This document shows positions 1 through 8,910 of a DNA stretch of 32,000 bases, piece by piece (the stretch's first letter is position 1; every line of letters begins with the position of its first letter). The stretch lies in NCBI GenBank assembly GCA_040222185.1, contig JAVKDP010000003.1, positions 34,428 through 66,427 on the forward strand, in the 5' to 3' direction. The notes beneath the pieces were generated by a model. That model was not told the DNA's origin, did no database searches, and worked only from the letters and a program-made list of their open reading frames with translations. Made by a program: the position numbers and the translations under genes. The DNA is from Balneolaceae bacterium. GTDB lineage: Bacteria > Bacteroidota > Rhodothermia > Balneolales > Balneolaceae.

Positions 1-233
1 ACATACATTTTGCTGATTCCTTCATCCAGGATGGCTTGTTTTTCTTCAAGATCACTAAGCTGCTCTTTCCAGTTCCCCATCACTTCAATCTGCTCGTTCT
101 GAGTAGTTAGTACCGAATACTTCTCATACACTTCTACAAGATGAGGAAGCAATACAAAAATAGTAATGCCAAGAAATCCGGCAAGAGATATCCCAGCTAC
201 TATTTTCCAGGTATGTAGATTCTTTGATTCCAT
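1..233 (-). CDS. PilO/GspM-like bitopic assembly protein (N-terminal part only; gene runs off the window start)
   Basis: My own minus-strand translation from the ATG at 233..231 gives MESKNLHTWKIVAGISLAGFLGITIFVLLPHLVEVYEKYSVLTTQNEQIEVMGNWKEQLSDLEEKQAILDEG... This is a short cytoplasmic N-terminus, one TM helix and then a coiled-coil-like segment. The start shares an ATGA junction with the stop of the upstream gene (TGA at 235..233). It is absent from the ORF track because it is truncated. Confidence 0.45.
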   Translation of the reverse strand, partial: MESKNLHTWKIVAGISLAGFLGITIFVLLPHLVEVYEKYSVLTTQNEQIEVMGNWKEQLSDLEEKQAILDEGISKMY

Positions 234-1639
234 CACTGATTGGTTAGAATTAGAATCTCAAATTCTGAAGTCTGTCCATCGTCTAATTTTTGAGAGATAA
301 TTAAACTGGCTCTTTCAACCTTTTTGTGTTCTTCCAGCTCTTTTAGAAATTCAGTTAGTGAGTTTTCATTCCGTGTAAACCCTGACAAACGGACTTCCTT
401 ACCCTCTACTCCATTTCTTTTCGTCGCATCCAACTGCTCTAACCATACATTATCGGTAATACTTTCCCCAATTAGCTCAAAGATGAAGGTGTAGGTTTCT
501 CTTTCTGCTATAATAGATCTTGCTTCCAGAAATGTATCCCTGGTGTCGAACAGTAGTTCCCGCTTGTTATTGACCTCTTCAATCCGGTCACCTATTCTAT
601 CCATAATCTGGTTGCTTTCAATCAGCTTGTAATCTGTGATTTTCCCTAATGCGAATGCCAGTAAACCAAATAAAATGAGCGGTACAAATAACAGTATGCT
701 TAAACGAATAGATTCTTGCTTATCGTGCTGAAGTATGGCTTCGGTCTGGACTTCCGCTTCAGTAAAGTTAAATGAGTCCAGCCCTTCAAAAAATAGTTTC
801 GTAGTGAGGCCGGCTGAGATCGCATATTTATGATCCAGTTCGTCAAACCCTTTTTTTCCTTTCATAGGATGGATTTTCCTGATAGGCCTGCTGACCTGAT
901 CTTGGTTATGATCCAGTGAACTAGTGAATAGTGGAACCGAATGAATAGGCTTCTCAACAGAAGACTCTTCTGTTTGAAGGTATGAATCTGCTTCTGTTAT
1001 CAGCAAATTCTGTTCTGCTTCAACAACCGGGTTAAGATCAGATACCGAATGGATTATCCCTTGCTGATATACTACCAGGTATGGATTTTCTGAAGCGCCG
1101 GAAATTATAGCGGAGGTGTCTTCTATGAAATCTTCGTCATAAAGCAGGCTATACCCTGGTTCCAAAACTCCCGCATTCGATAGCTTTGGATAAAGCCCTG
1201 TCTCTTTAAATAAATCGCCATAATACTCCAGGGTCGTCTTATTTAATACCTGGAAAATACACCGCTTACTGTCTTCATCAATCTCTATGAGCTGATGCTG
1301 GATAACTACTTCTTCTGTAAACCCGGAGCTATACTCTTTTAATTTAGCTTCAATCCAATGATCAACATCCTCAGGTTCTTCCGAGTAGGGGACTTCATCT
1401 GTATAGATTGCAAGTAATGCCTCTGAAGCTGAAAACCCGATATGATATGCTTCCGATTTAAGGTTTTGCTTTAGCTCTTCAATCCCATCTGTTATAGAGA
1501 TATCGCTTTTGTTGTGAAGAATTTCTCCATGCGATTGTAATGATAACTTTTTGCCCAAACGATCTACTTCAACCCAACGGATGTACTCACCCGTTATCTC
1601 AATACCGACTGCGGTTTTTTCAATGAATGGGACTTTCAT
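233..1639 (-). CDS. GspL-like / PilM-PilN fusion (cytoplasmic actin-like domain, one TM helix, periplasmic domain)
   Basis: 468 aa. The N-terminus (VGIEITGEYIRWVEVDRLGKKLSL...) looks like the start of PilM/GspL actin-like domains. There is a single TM helix (LSILLFVPLILFGLLAFALG) near residue 315, followed by about 135 aa of periplasmic sequence. The gene lies directly downstream of the secretin (4-nt gap) and is coupled to a PilO-like gene. Confidence 0.6.
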   Translation of the reverse strand: MKVPFIEKTAVGIEITGEYIRWVEVDRLGKKLSLQSHGEILHNKSDISITDGIEELKQNLKSEAYHIGFSASEALLAIYTDEVPYSEEPEDVDHWIEAKLKEYSSGFTEEVVIQHQLIEIDEDSKRCIFQVLNKTTLEYYGDLFKETGLYPKLSNAGVLEPGYSLLYDEDFIEDTSAIISGASENPYLVVYQQGIIHSVSDLNPVVEAEQNLLITEADSYLQTEESSVEKPIHSVPLFTSSLDHNQDQVSRPIRKIHPMKGKKGFDELDHKYAISAGLTTKLFFEGLDSFNFTEAEVQTEAILQHDKQESIRLSILLFVPLILFGLLAFALGKITDYKLIESNQIMDRIGDRIEEVNNKRELLFDTRDTFLEARSIIAERETYTFIFELIGESITDNVWLEQLDATKRNGVEGKEVRLSGFTRNENSLTEFLKELEEHKKVERASLIISQKLDDGQTSEFEILILTNQ

Positions 1640-1643
1640 AGAA

Positions 1644-3686
1644 TTAGTTATCGATGCTTAAATCCAGATCATCTCTAATTTGATTCCACCTGTAGTTGTC
1701 ATTTCCATCTCCATAGAATACATATGGTGTTATAAAAATGACCAACTCAGACTTTATTATGCTCGTGCTTTTGTTTCTGAACAACCTGCCGAGTAACGGG
1801 ATATTTCCAAGTATAGGAACTTTGTTGATGTTCTCGGTTTCACTTTCTTGTATCAGTCCCCCGAGTATAATAGTTTCTCCGTCTTTCAGTCTGACGGTTG
1901 AGTCTAAAACCCGGCTGTTTATAGTAGGAGGAACCTCTGCTGTTAAGGTTCCAACCGGTGTGTTAAACTCCGGATGAACTTCTACTGTTACATCTCCTGA
2001 AGCGCTTACCCATGGAGTAATTTCCAGGAGCACGTTTGCTTCAATGCTTTCGAATCGCTGAGATTCCTGTGTAATCACATTATTTGGAGATTGAAGTGGG
2101 GTGGTAGACGTAAATATATAATACTGGGTCGTTCCGATTTCTATACTTGCAGTATGCCCGTTGAGGGTTGATATCTGCGGGCGCGATTTTACTGTTACCA
2201 ATCCTTCCTGGTCTAATGCCTGGATTCTGAAAATGAAATCACTCGGTAACCGACCCAGGTTTTTAACTCCAAAGAGATTTCCACCTGGCGCAAATGTTGC
2301 ATTAATATCAGCTCCACCTCCTTGCACACTTAATCCACCACTTTGATTCTCTCCCTGTCCAAACAGAACTGTAAACGGATTAAAGAATCCGCTATCGGGT
2401 TTAACTCCTGATGATAAAGACAATCCCAGTTGATACATATCCGAGGTGTTCACATCCACCACAAGAGCTTCTATCATAATCTGGGGTGTTGGGTAATCGA
2501 TCTCAGAAATAAAGTTTTCCAGCTCTACAATTACGTCATTTGTGCCAATAACCATTAATCCGTTTTGCTCTTTAATAACCTGCACTGTGGCATTCTGAAG
2601 TACACTTTCGGGAATTAGATCAATCACTACATCAGATCGGATATGTTTGAGCCGGATGAGTTTATTTGACGCAATTCCACTGGTGCTTTTATCTCCAATG
2701 ATGTACATCTCACCTTCTTTTCGGAAAGTAAATGAAGTCCCTCTGAATACATATGACAGAGCCTGTTCAATAGTAAGCCCTGATGCTTTGGCGGTTATAG
2801 AATTGGTCGGTAACCCATAGGTTATCATATTTATCTCACTTTGGTACCCAATCTCACGGATTACATCAGTAGCATTGGCGTCTACAACATCCATATCCAC
2901 CAGGCCATCGTCATCCACATTGATCCAAAAATTTGTTCCTGTACTTTCACCCTGTTCATTGGTAAAGCCAATCCGGTCAATGATATATACACCGTCTTTT
3001 TCACGTAACGAAAATCCGTTATTGGAAAGAATAATAGATAATGCTGATTCCAGTTCTACATCTTGCAGATACCCTGAAATTGATCCTCGTACTCCGTTTC
3101 GTGGAATCACATTTCTCCCGGTTTTCTGAGAGATCAAGCGAGCGAAATCGGTTACTTCGATTTCCTTTACATCCATTGAGAGCCTATTATCGTCAAAATC
3201 TATGATGGGTTCGATTGTTTCGGGTACTGGTTCCTGCTCCACATATTCCCTGATTCTGAAAATCTGCCCTGTCTGGGTTGTAGAAAGGTTGTACTCCATA
3301 GATATAAATATGAGTACCTCAATTATCGTGATATCTGAAAACCTGAGTGTGAGCTGCCTGTTCAGCCTGTTTTCTACCAAAAGATTTATATCATATTCAC
3401 GGCCTAATGCCCTTAAGAAGTCCCTGGAATCAATATTGCTAACGCTGATATCGGTCTCGATTTTTTTGAACACATTATCGGGAAGGTTATCCAGGTCAAC
3501 CCGCACTTTGTTCGTGTCAATAATAGTGGAGAGGTATTGTATATAATCCAGCCTTTCCTGTATGGTAGTACTATCGGCTTCGTTGGCCGTCTCTTGCGCG
3601 TAAGCATTGGTATAGACCAATGCGAAAATAAAAATCAGGAGTAATTGTAGGGTACGATTCATAAAACAGGATGGATGTAGACTCAA
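1644..3686 (-). CDS. Secretin (GspD/PilQ family outer-membrane channel)
   Basis: 680 aa with a classical secretin C-terminal domain: VKSRPQISTLNGHTASIEIG, LLEITPWVSASGDVTVEVHPEFN, KDGETIILGGLI...VPILGNIPLLGRLFRNKSTSIIKSELVIFITPYV. Three tandem N-terminal modules of about 59 aa are present (residues 87-145, 178-236, 272-330). The likely true start is the ATG at 3662 (MNRTLQLLLIFIFALVYTNAYAQ is a cleaner signal peptide). Confidence 0.9.
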   Translation of the reverse strand: MSLHPSCFMNRTLQLLLIFIFALVYTNAYAQETANEADSTTIQERLDYIQYLSTIIDTNKVRVDLDNLPDNVFKKIETDISVSNIDSRDFLRALGREYDINLLVENRLNRQLTLRFSDITIIEVLIFISMEYNLSTTQTGQIFRIREYVEQEPVPETIEPIIDFDDNRLSMDVKEIEVTDFARLISQKTGRNVIPRNGVRGSISGYLQDVELESALSIILSNNGFSLREKDGVYIIDRIGFTNEQGESTGTNFWINVDDDGLVDMDVVDANATDVIREIGYQSEINMITYGLPTNSITAKASGLTIEQALSYVFRGTSFTFRKEGEMYIIGDKSTSGIASNKLIRLKHIRSDVVIDLIPESVLQNATVQVIKEQNGLMVIGTNDVIVELENFISEIDYPTPQIMIEALVVDVNTSDMYQLGLSLSSGVKPDSGFFNPFTVLFGQGENQSGGLSVQGGGADINATFAPGGNLFGVKNLGRLPSDFIFRIQALDQEGLVTVKSRPQISTLNGHTASIEIGTTQYYIFTSTTPLQSPNNVITQESQRFESIEANVLLEITPWVSASGDVTVEVHPEFNTPVGTLTAEVPPTINSRVLDSTVRLKDGETIILGGLIQESETENINKVPILGNIPLLGRLFRNKSTSIIKSELVIFITPYVFYGDGNDNYRWNQIRDDLDLSIDN

Positions 3687-3809
3687 TTAAACAGAATAGA
3701 AAATTTTTGTTGAACTTACCTATATCTTTTTTGTGAAAGTCTGTTCCCTTAATCGCGCTTTTTCTTTCTCGCTTGTGATAGGTTTGGGGAGTACTTCCTA
3801 AAAGACTTA

Positions 3810-4979
3810 CTAAAGCACCGTCTCTCTGTAAATCTCTTCTACGGTAGTTAATCCGGCTTTGATTTTTTGAATTCCGACTTCTCTTAACGTAATCATTCCG
3901 TTCTTCCTGGCCTGCTCTTTGAGTTCGCCGGAATTTATGTTTTCCATAATTCTGGAAGCCAAGATCTCATCAAATACGAGCAGTTCAATCAATGCCGTTC
4001 TCCCTTTGTACCCGGTTCCATTGCAAGTGCTACAACCTTCTCCTTTTTTGTAAGAAAATTGTTCTCCATTCAGCCCTAAATCTTTAACCATAATCGGGTC
4101 TGGAGTGTATTCTACCTGGCAATCGGGACAGATTTTACGGACCAGGCGCTGAGCCATGATCAACCTAACAGAGGAAGCCACTAAAAATGGTTCCACACCC
4201 ATATCTGTTAATCTTGAGACTGCAGATGCTGCATCATTTGTGTGTAGCGTTGAAAATACCAGGTGACCTGTTAAGGCAGACCGGATTGCAATTTCTGCCG
4301 TTTCTTTATCCCTGATCTCACCAACCATAATGATATTCGGATCCTGCCGTAAAATGGATCGAAGTACATTGGCAAAGGTCAGGTCAATTTCTTCATGAAC
4401 CTGGGTTTGGTTTATCCCTTCCAGGTTATATTCTATCGGATCCTCAATAGTAGTTATGTTTACTTCTTCGGAATTCAGTTCATTTAATGCCGCGTAAAGC
4501 GAAGTAGTTTTACCACTCCCGGTTGGGCCAGTTACCAGGATCATCCCATAAGGATTGCTGATCCCTTTTCGAAAGTTGTTAAGTATTTTTCCATCAAAAC
4601 CCAGGGCTTCCAGGTTCAGGTCTAAATGACTCTTATCCAGGATTCTCATTACTACTTTTTCTCCATAATGAGTGGGAAGAATTGAAACCCTTAAATCAAT
4701 ATCGGAGCCTTTTTTTGAGCGTACTTTAATCCTTCCATCCTGGGGCCTGCGTTTTTCTGCTATATCCAGGTTCGACATAATTTTAACCCTGGAAACCAAC
4801 GCATCTTTCTGGCTTATTGGAAGTTGTGCTACTTCCTGGAGTACTCCGTCAAGCCTGTACCTCAAGCGGTAACTTTTTTCGAAAGGTTCAATGTGTATAT
4901 CACTCACTCCAATCTCAATAGCTTTTTGGATGATACTCTCAACCTGTTTGATGATAGAGCCGGTTAGCTGGATATTCAC
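3810..4979 (-). CDS. GspE/PilB-family type II/IV secretion ATPase, short form lacking an N1 domain
   Basis: 389 aa with a GTG start (cac at 4977..4979). Motifs: Walker A GPTGSGKTT, Asp box TIEDPIEY, Walker B IIMVGEIRD, His box FSTLHTND. The tetracysteine motif CPDC...CSTC is typical of GspE/PilB and not of PilT. The protein starts directly at the VSDIHIEP (N2) region. Confidence 0.9.
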   Translation of the reverse strand: MNIQLTGSIIKQVESIIQKAIEIGVSDIHIEPFEKSYRLRYRLDGVLQEVAQLPISQKDALVSRVKIMSNLDIAEKRRPQDGRIKVRSKKGSDIDLRVSILPTHYGEKVVMRILDKSHLDLNLEALGFDGKILNNFRKGISNPYGMILVTGPTGSGKTTSLYAALNELNSEEVNITTIEDPIEYNLEGINQTQVHEEIDLTFANVLRSILRQDPNIIMVGEIRDKETAEIAIRSALTGHLVFSTLHTNDAASAVSRLTDMGVEPFLVASSVRLIMAQRLVRKICPDCQVEYTPDPIMVKDLGLNGEQFSYKKGEGCSTCNGTGYKGRTALIELLVFDEILASRIMENINSGELKEQARKNGMITLREVGIQKIKAGLTTVEEIYRETVL

Positions 4980-5217
4980 AGTAGTTTATTTAACCTGTTT
5001 AATTCTGTGCATGTTTGTGAGTGCCTTATTTCTCAATGAAAAACAAGCAAATGAAGCTACCCGCTATTTGATAGAATTACAAGAAGCTATCTTCACATAA
5101 GCTACACATCACAGAAAGCTCAGTAAAAAATCAAGTAAACCTCAAGCAGCTCGCAAGTAGTGGAGATATAATCATGGATGCTGCCAAAGCATATATCCAT
5201 TAACTAATCTTTATCTC

Positions 5218-5985
5218 ATGAAATCTACACTCTTTGTTTTCTTTATTGCACTGCTTTTTACCGGCTCAGCAAATGCCCAGGTCGACACGGTCAGGGTTGG
5301 AGACACAAATATTGATGCTTCTTATTTTGAGCCTTTCGAGGTGAATTGGGTGGCTAAAAAATATTCGAACGAGGATGATCCGGGCGTAATCCAATACAGG
5401 GTTGACGAAACTTATGAAATTGTTGCTTCTGGCGATTCCAAAGTGTTGAAATTCACCCAGTACTGGAATGATAAAGATGGAGAAAATCTCTTTATTTCTG
5501 TTCGTACAGCTGATCTCAGTTCAATGGAATATTTAGCTTTCCATACCGGGAAATCGCCGGGTGGAATTGCGCACCTGGATTTTGATGGCCGCTATATAAA
5601 CGGCTTTACTGCTTTCGAATCTCATGGAAAAGCTAAACCGATTGGTGCATATATTGATGAACCTGCTTTTGCTTCGTTTTCTGGAGTACTATATGCCATG
5701 GTTCTCAAGAATTATAACGATCCCATCACTATACCGGGATTCGGATTTGGCGGAGAAACACCAACTCTAACCTATGAAACACTGGAAGTTGTATCGAATG
5801 AATCACTATCTATTGCCAATAAATCTAATCACAGGGCCAAAGTAGTCAGATCCAGTAGAAGCTCATCGAATACCTACTGGGTTGATTCAAACAAAGCTCC
5901 ATATTTTCTAAAAGTAGTTGTAGAACAGGGAAATGGAGAACATACTATTTATGAAATTGAAGACTACAAGCTTCTTGAGGATTAG
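5218..5985 (+). CDS. Secreted hypothetical protein
   Basis: 255 aa with a signal peptide (MKSTLFVFFIALLFTGSANAQ). No family motif recognised. It sits alone on the plus strand between minus-strand clusters and is followed by a hairpin. Confidence 0.6.
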   Translation: MKSTLFVFFIALLFTGSANAQVDTVRVGDTNIDASYFEPFEVNWVAKKYSNEDDPGVIQYRVDETYEIVASGDSKVLKFTQYWNDKDGENLFISVRTADLSSMEYLAFHTGKSPGGIAHLDFDGRYINGFTAFESHGKAKPIGAYIDEPAFASFSGVLYAMVLKNYNDPITIPGFGFGGETPTLTYETLEVVSNESLSIANKSNHRAKVVRSSRSSSNTYWVDSNKAPYFLKVVVEQGNGEHTIYEIEDYKLLED

Positions 5986-6045
5986 ATATCAATACCGTCT
6001 CATAAGCGAGATACTTGAGCCAGCGACGGGGTGAGAGGTCAAATA

Positions 6046-6082
6046 CTAAAGACACATCAAATCTAACGTGTCTTTAGTTTTA
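6046..6082. terminator. Bidirectional intrinsic terminator between convergent genes
   Basis: Perfect 10-bp stem: ctaaagacac (6046..6055) pairs with gtgtctttag (6068..6077), with a 12-nt loop, followed by tttta on the plus strand. Confidence 0.5.
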
Positions 6083-7216
6083 CTCATCAGCGCTTCTTCG
6101 AAATAACTGTATTACATCTGAAGAGCTTAAATCTTCTAAGCCTAAACTCTCTAACTGTGCATAAAACTCAAGAGGAACTCCCTCATTGTATAAAGCCCTC
6201 GCTCCATTTGAAGACATCTCATCAAAGATATCAGAATCTCCCATAGCTCTGATGTATTCTATCGGAATACCTTCATTGTACAACGCTACCGCTCCATTGC
6301 CAGACATCTCATCAAAAAGGTCTGCATCTGCCAGATTTTGAATGTACTCAACAGTAACTCCCTGGTTATATATTGCTAACATTCCATTGGAATTCATCTC
6401 GTCAAATAGATCAGTTGCTCCCATTCCTTGAATATAGGATATCGGGACTCCGGCATTTTTAATCGCTATGATTCCGTTGGCCGACATCTCATCAAATAAG
6501 TCTGAATCTCCAATGGTTTGAACATACTCGGATGTAATTCCTTCGTTATATACTGAAAGAAGGCCATTGCCAGACATCTCGTCGAACAAATCCGAATCTC
6601 CCATATTCTGAATATAGGATAACGGTACACCTGAGTTGTACAATCCAATTACGCCAGCGGCTGACATTTCGTCGAAAAGGTCTGATTGCCCTAAAGACGA
6701 AACATACTCAACAGGAACACCTTCTCTAAAAATAGATAGTACTCCAGCTGCAGAAAGATCATCAAACAAATCCGAGTTTTCCAGGTTCGATATATATTCA
6801 ATCGAAACACCTTCATTGTACAAGGCTTCAGCGCCGTTTACTGAAATATCTTCTGTTACATCAAACGATTTAAGAGCTGCTACATAATCGAGAAAAGAAC
6901 TCGTAATTGGCGTTACATTTGTTGCCGCATCACTGGCATTTCCTGAGTTTAACTCAATCGGAGTAGCCTCCTCATCAAAGAAACCTTTTACAAAATCAGT
7001 AGCTGAAGAGATTGGGTTCACAAAGTAAAATACTATTACCAGTACCAGAGTCGACCAGGCTATGATATTAGCTTTCGAAGATTTCTTCTCTTTGCCCTCC
7101 AGCGAGTCAATGAAGGATTCATCTTCATTTCCCTTTTCATTTATATACTCATCCAGGTCAAATTCATCACGAGTATTTTGATTTTCCGAATCCCTAAATC
7201 TGTCTTTTCTATTCAT
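6080..7216 (-). CDS. Acidic membrane-anchored tandem-repeat protein (about 7 full plus 2 degenerate 30-aa repeats)
   Basis: 378 aa. It has an acidic cytoplasmic N-terminus of about 50 aa, one TM helix (IIAWSTLVLVIVFYFV), and then repeats of consensus IQxMGDSDLFDEMSxNGxxAxYNEGVPxEY. Confidence 0.75.
   Translation of the reverse strand: MNRKDRFRDSENQNTRDEFDLDEYINEKGNEDESFIDSLEGKEKKSSKANIIAWSTLVLVIVFYFVNPISSATDFVKGFFDEEATPIELNSGNASDAATNVTPITSSFLDYVAALKSFDVTEDISVNGAEALYNEGVSIEYISNLENSDLFDDLSAAGVLSIFREGVPVEYVSSLGQSDLFDEMSAAGVIGLYNSGVPLSYIQNMGDSDLFDEMSGNGLLSVYNEGITSEYVQTIGDSDLFDEMSANGIIAIKNAGVPISYIQGMGATDLFDEMNSNGMLAIYNQGVTVEYIQNLADADLFDEMSGNGAVALYNEGIPIEYIRAMGDSDIFDEMSSNGARALYNEGVPLEFYAQLESLGLEDLSSSDVIQLFRRSADE
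6164..6895. repeat. In-frame 90-bp tandem repeat array inside CDS 6080..7216
   Basis: The motif catctcatcaaa / catctcgtcgaa recurs at about 6213, 6303, 6393, 6483, 6573 and 6663 with a strict 90-bp period. This corresponds to protein residues 108-351. Confidence 0.85.
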
Positions 7217-7380
7217 AGCTTTAAAATTTTACCGCAATTATACTACCTGCAAAAGTGGAAATAGTTACGGCTTTTCTAAATCGTATTAAGTTTCGGATTT
7301 GATTATAGAATCGTTGATGCAATCACTTCGCGCAGGTCATTCCGTGCTTTGCAAAAAGATAAAATCCAGTAGCGAAAAAA

Positions 7381-8058
7381 TCAGTAGTAAATGCGAACTA
7401 CTATTCGTCGATTTAACGCGCGGTTTTCGATGATATTCCTACCATTGTCATCAATGTGCGGAACTACAGGTTTCGTATCCGCGTAACCGGAAGCTTTTAG
7501 TCGCTCTCCTTCAATCCCTTCCTGCACAAAGTACTTTACTACCCCGGAAGCCCTGGCTACAGAAAGCTCCCAATTGGAAGGAAAAATAGGCGTACTGATT
7601 GGTACATTATCTGTATGACCTTCTACATCTACATTGAATTTATAGAAATCCAGGGCGTTCATCGCCTGGGTCACTTTATCAATGATTTCTTCACCGGTGG
7701 GTAAAAGATTGGCTTCACCGGAGTTATAAAACGAGCTACTGGTAAAAAAGAGCTTTATCCCTTCTCTATCCAGGGTTATATCTACCAGGCCCTGAGTCTT
7801 TTCTACAGCGAGTAATGAATCCAAATCCTGTTTTACTTCTGCAAGAGGTGTCCTAACGTTTTCCTGCTTACTAATCTCTGAACGAAGTCCCTGCTTCATT
7901 TGCTCCCAAAGGTTCAAATCTACTGTAGAAACAGCGATCAGCATTGCAAAGAAAGCGAGAAGAAGCGTGATCATATCACTATAAGTAAGTAACCATTCCT
8001 GGTCCTCTTCGTGCTCCTGATCATCATGCTGATGCCCTATGTAGTTACGGTTCAGCAA
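7381..8058 (-). CDS. motB: MotB-like stator subunit (OmpA-like peptidoglycan-binding C-terminal domain)
   Basis: 225 aa with an apparent TTG start. The N-terminal motif WLLTYSDMITLLLAFFAML matches the MotB TM/plug region and includes the conserved channel Asp (TYSD). The C-terminal OmpA-like signature is SNWELSVARA...NRALNRRIVVRI. Confidence 0.85.
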   Translation of the reverse strand: MLNRNYIGHQHDDQEHEEDQEWLLTYSDMITLLLAFFAMLIAVSTVDLNLWEQMKQGLRSEISKQENVRTPLAEVKQDLDSLLAVEKTQGLVDITLDREGIKLFFTSSSFYNSGEANLLPTGEEIIDKVTQAMNALDFYKFNVDVEGHTDNVPISTPIFPSNWELSVARASGVVKYFVQEGIEGERLKASGYADTKPVVPHIDDNGRNIIENRALNRRIVVRIYY

Positions 8059-8061
8059 AGG

Positions 8062-8910
8062 TTATTCCGAATCTTTAGGATTATTGTTATTGCGGGTTAA
8101 ATAGGTGTTCAATTTATCTTGTATATAGAAAGACGATCTTTTTTCATTGATCATGATGATTCCTTCCAACACAAAATACTCCCGGAATTTATTCATTTGA
8201 GCAGCATTCTTGATCTTTTCAGCCACCGGGTAAAAGATAAACCGGGCAAGTGAAATCCCATATAATGTTGTAATCAAAGCTGCAGCTAGCCCTGGCCCCA
8301 TCCCTGAAGGGTTTTCAAGCTCTCCAAGCATTACGATTAGCCCAAAGAGTGTACCAAACATCCCGAATGATGGCGCTGCACCACCCATAGCTTTTAACAC
8401 ATCTACAACAACCAATTTTCTGAAGTAGTGCTCTTCTACATGATTGGAGCCAAAAACCTGTATATCCTCGTTTGAGTAGTTAGTACTTAACAGAGAGAAT
8501 AGATACCCTGATACATCATTTGAATGTTCTGTCTCTAATTTTGAAAGTGAATTTACTCGGTCTTTTTTGATCTGATCGTTCCACTCTAAAATGGATTCCA
8601 GGTCTTTTTGTAGAGTACGATGGTTTGTTGTAGCCTGACTAAAGAGTAAAAAGATACTTCCGAAAGCTCTGCCCACATACCTCGGCTGATAAGTGATAAA
8701 AACAGCATTTAAAACACCACCCAATACAATAAATAAACTAGGCAAATTTAAAAATCGGTATTCGGAAAGAAAAGGAATTGAATTCATCACAGAGGTTGCC
8801 CCCGTAATTTCCGTAATCCCAAAAACAAGCATGGTTAAACTGACTATAACCCCAAGTATATTCGTAATTGAAAGTCTCATATTAGTTGTTACCCCCTCTA
8901 ATCTCATCAA
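8062..8910 (-). CDS. motA: MotA-like stator subunit (MotA/TolQ/ExbB proton-channel family, 4-TM MotA topology)
   Basis: 282 aa. Two N-terminal TM helices, a cytoplasmic loop of about 80 aa, then TM3 (APSFGMFGTLFGLIVMLG) and TM4 (AAALITTLYGISLARFIFYPVAEKI), each carrying the conserved Pro, and a cytoplasmic tail of about 50 aa. The start is probably the ATG at 8880 (MRLSITNILG...), one nt after the upstream stop, rather than TTG 8910. Confidence 0.85.
   Translation of the reverse strand: MMRLEGVTTNMRLSITNILGVIVSLTMLVFGITEITGATSVMNSIPFLSEYRFLNLPSLFIVLGGVLNAVFITYQPRYVGRAFGSIFLLFSQATTNHRTLQKDLESILEWNDQIKKDRVNSLSKLETEHSNDVSGYLFSLLSTNYSNEDIQVFGSNHVEEHYFRKLVVVDVLKAMGGAAPSFGMFGTLFGLIVMLGELENPSGMGPGLAAALITTLYGISLARFIFYPVAEKIKNAAQMNKFREYFVLEGIIMINEKRSSFYIQDKLNTYLTRNNNNPKDSE

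Noticed and set aside
1738-3607. Several 60-115 aa ORFs (1738..1977, 2161..2346, 2875..3129 and 3202..3546 on the plus strand; 3413..3607 on the minus strand in another frame) inside the secretin gene
   Set aside because: They lie entirely within a 680-aa ORF with unmistakable secretin motifs. Their translations are low-complexity S/L/P/I-rich strings typical of shadow (antisense or off-frame) reading frames in AT-rich coding DNA.
4891-5100. 69-aa hydrophobic plus-strand ORF at the ATPase start and divergent spacer
   Set aside because: Its first third is antisense to the ATPase N-terminus and the rest is AT-rich spacer. There is no supporting signal.
6164-6895. 90-bp periodic repeats as a CRISPR array or satellite
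   Set aside because: The units are contiguous with no unique spacers. They stay in frame within a long ORF and diverge mostly at synonymous or conservative positions, so this is a coding tandem repeat.
7381-8910. Zorya-type anti-phage system, or ExbBD/TolQR
   Set aside because: ZorA proteins carry a very long C-terminal tail and are accompanied by ZorC/D or ZorE; neither is seen here. ExbB/TolQ have 3-TM topology, and ExbD/TolR lack the OmpA-like domain present in the 225-aa protein. No TonB- or TolA-like partner is present.
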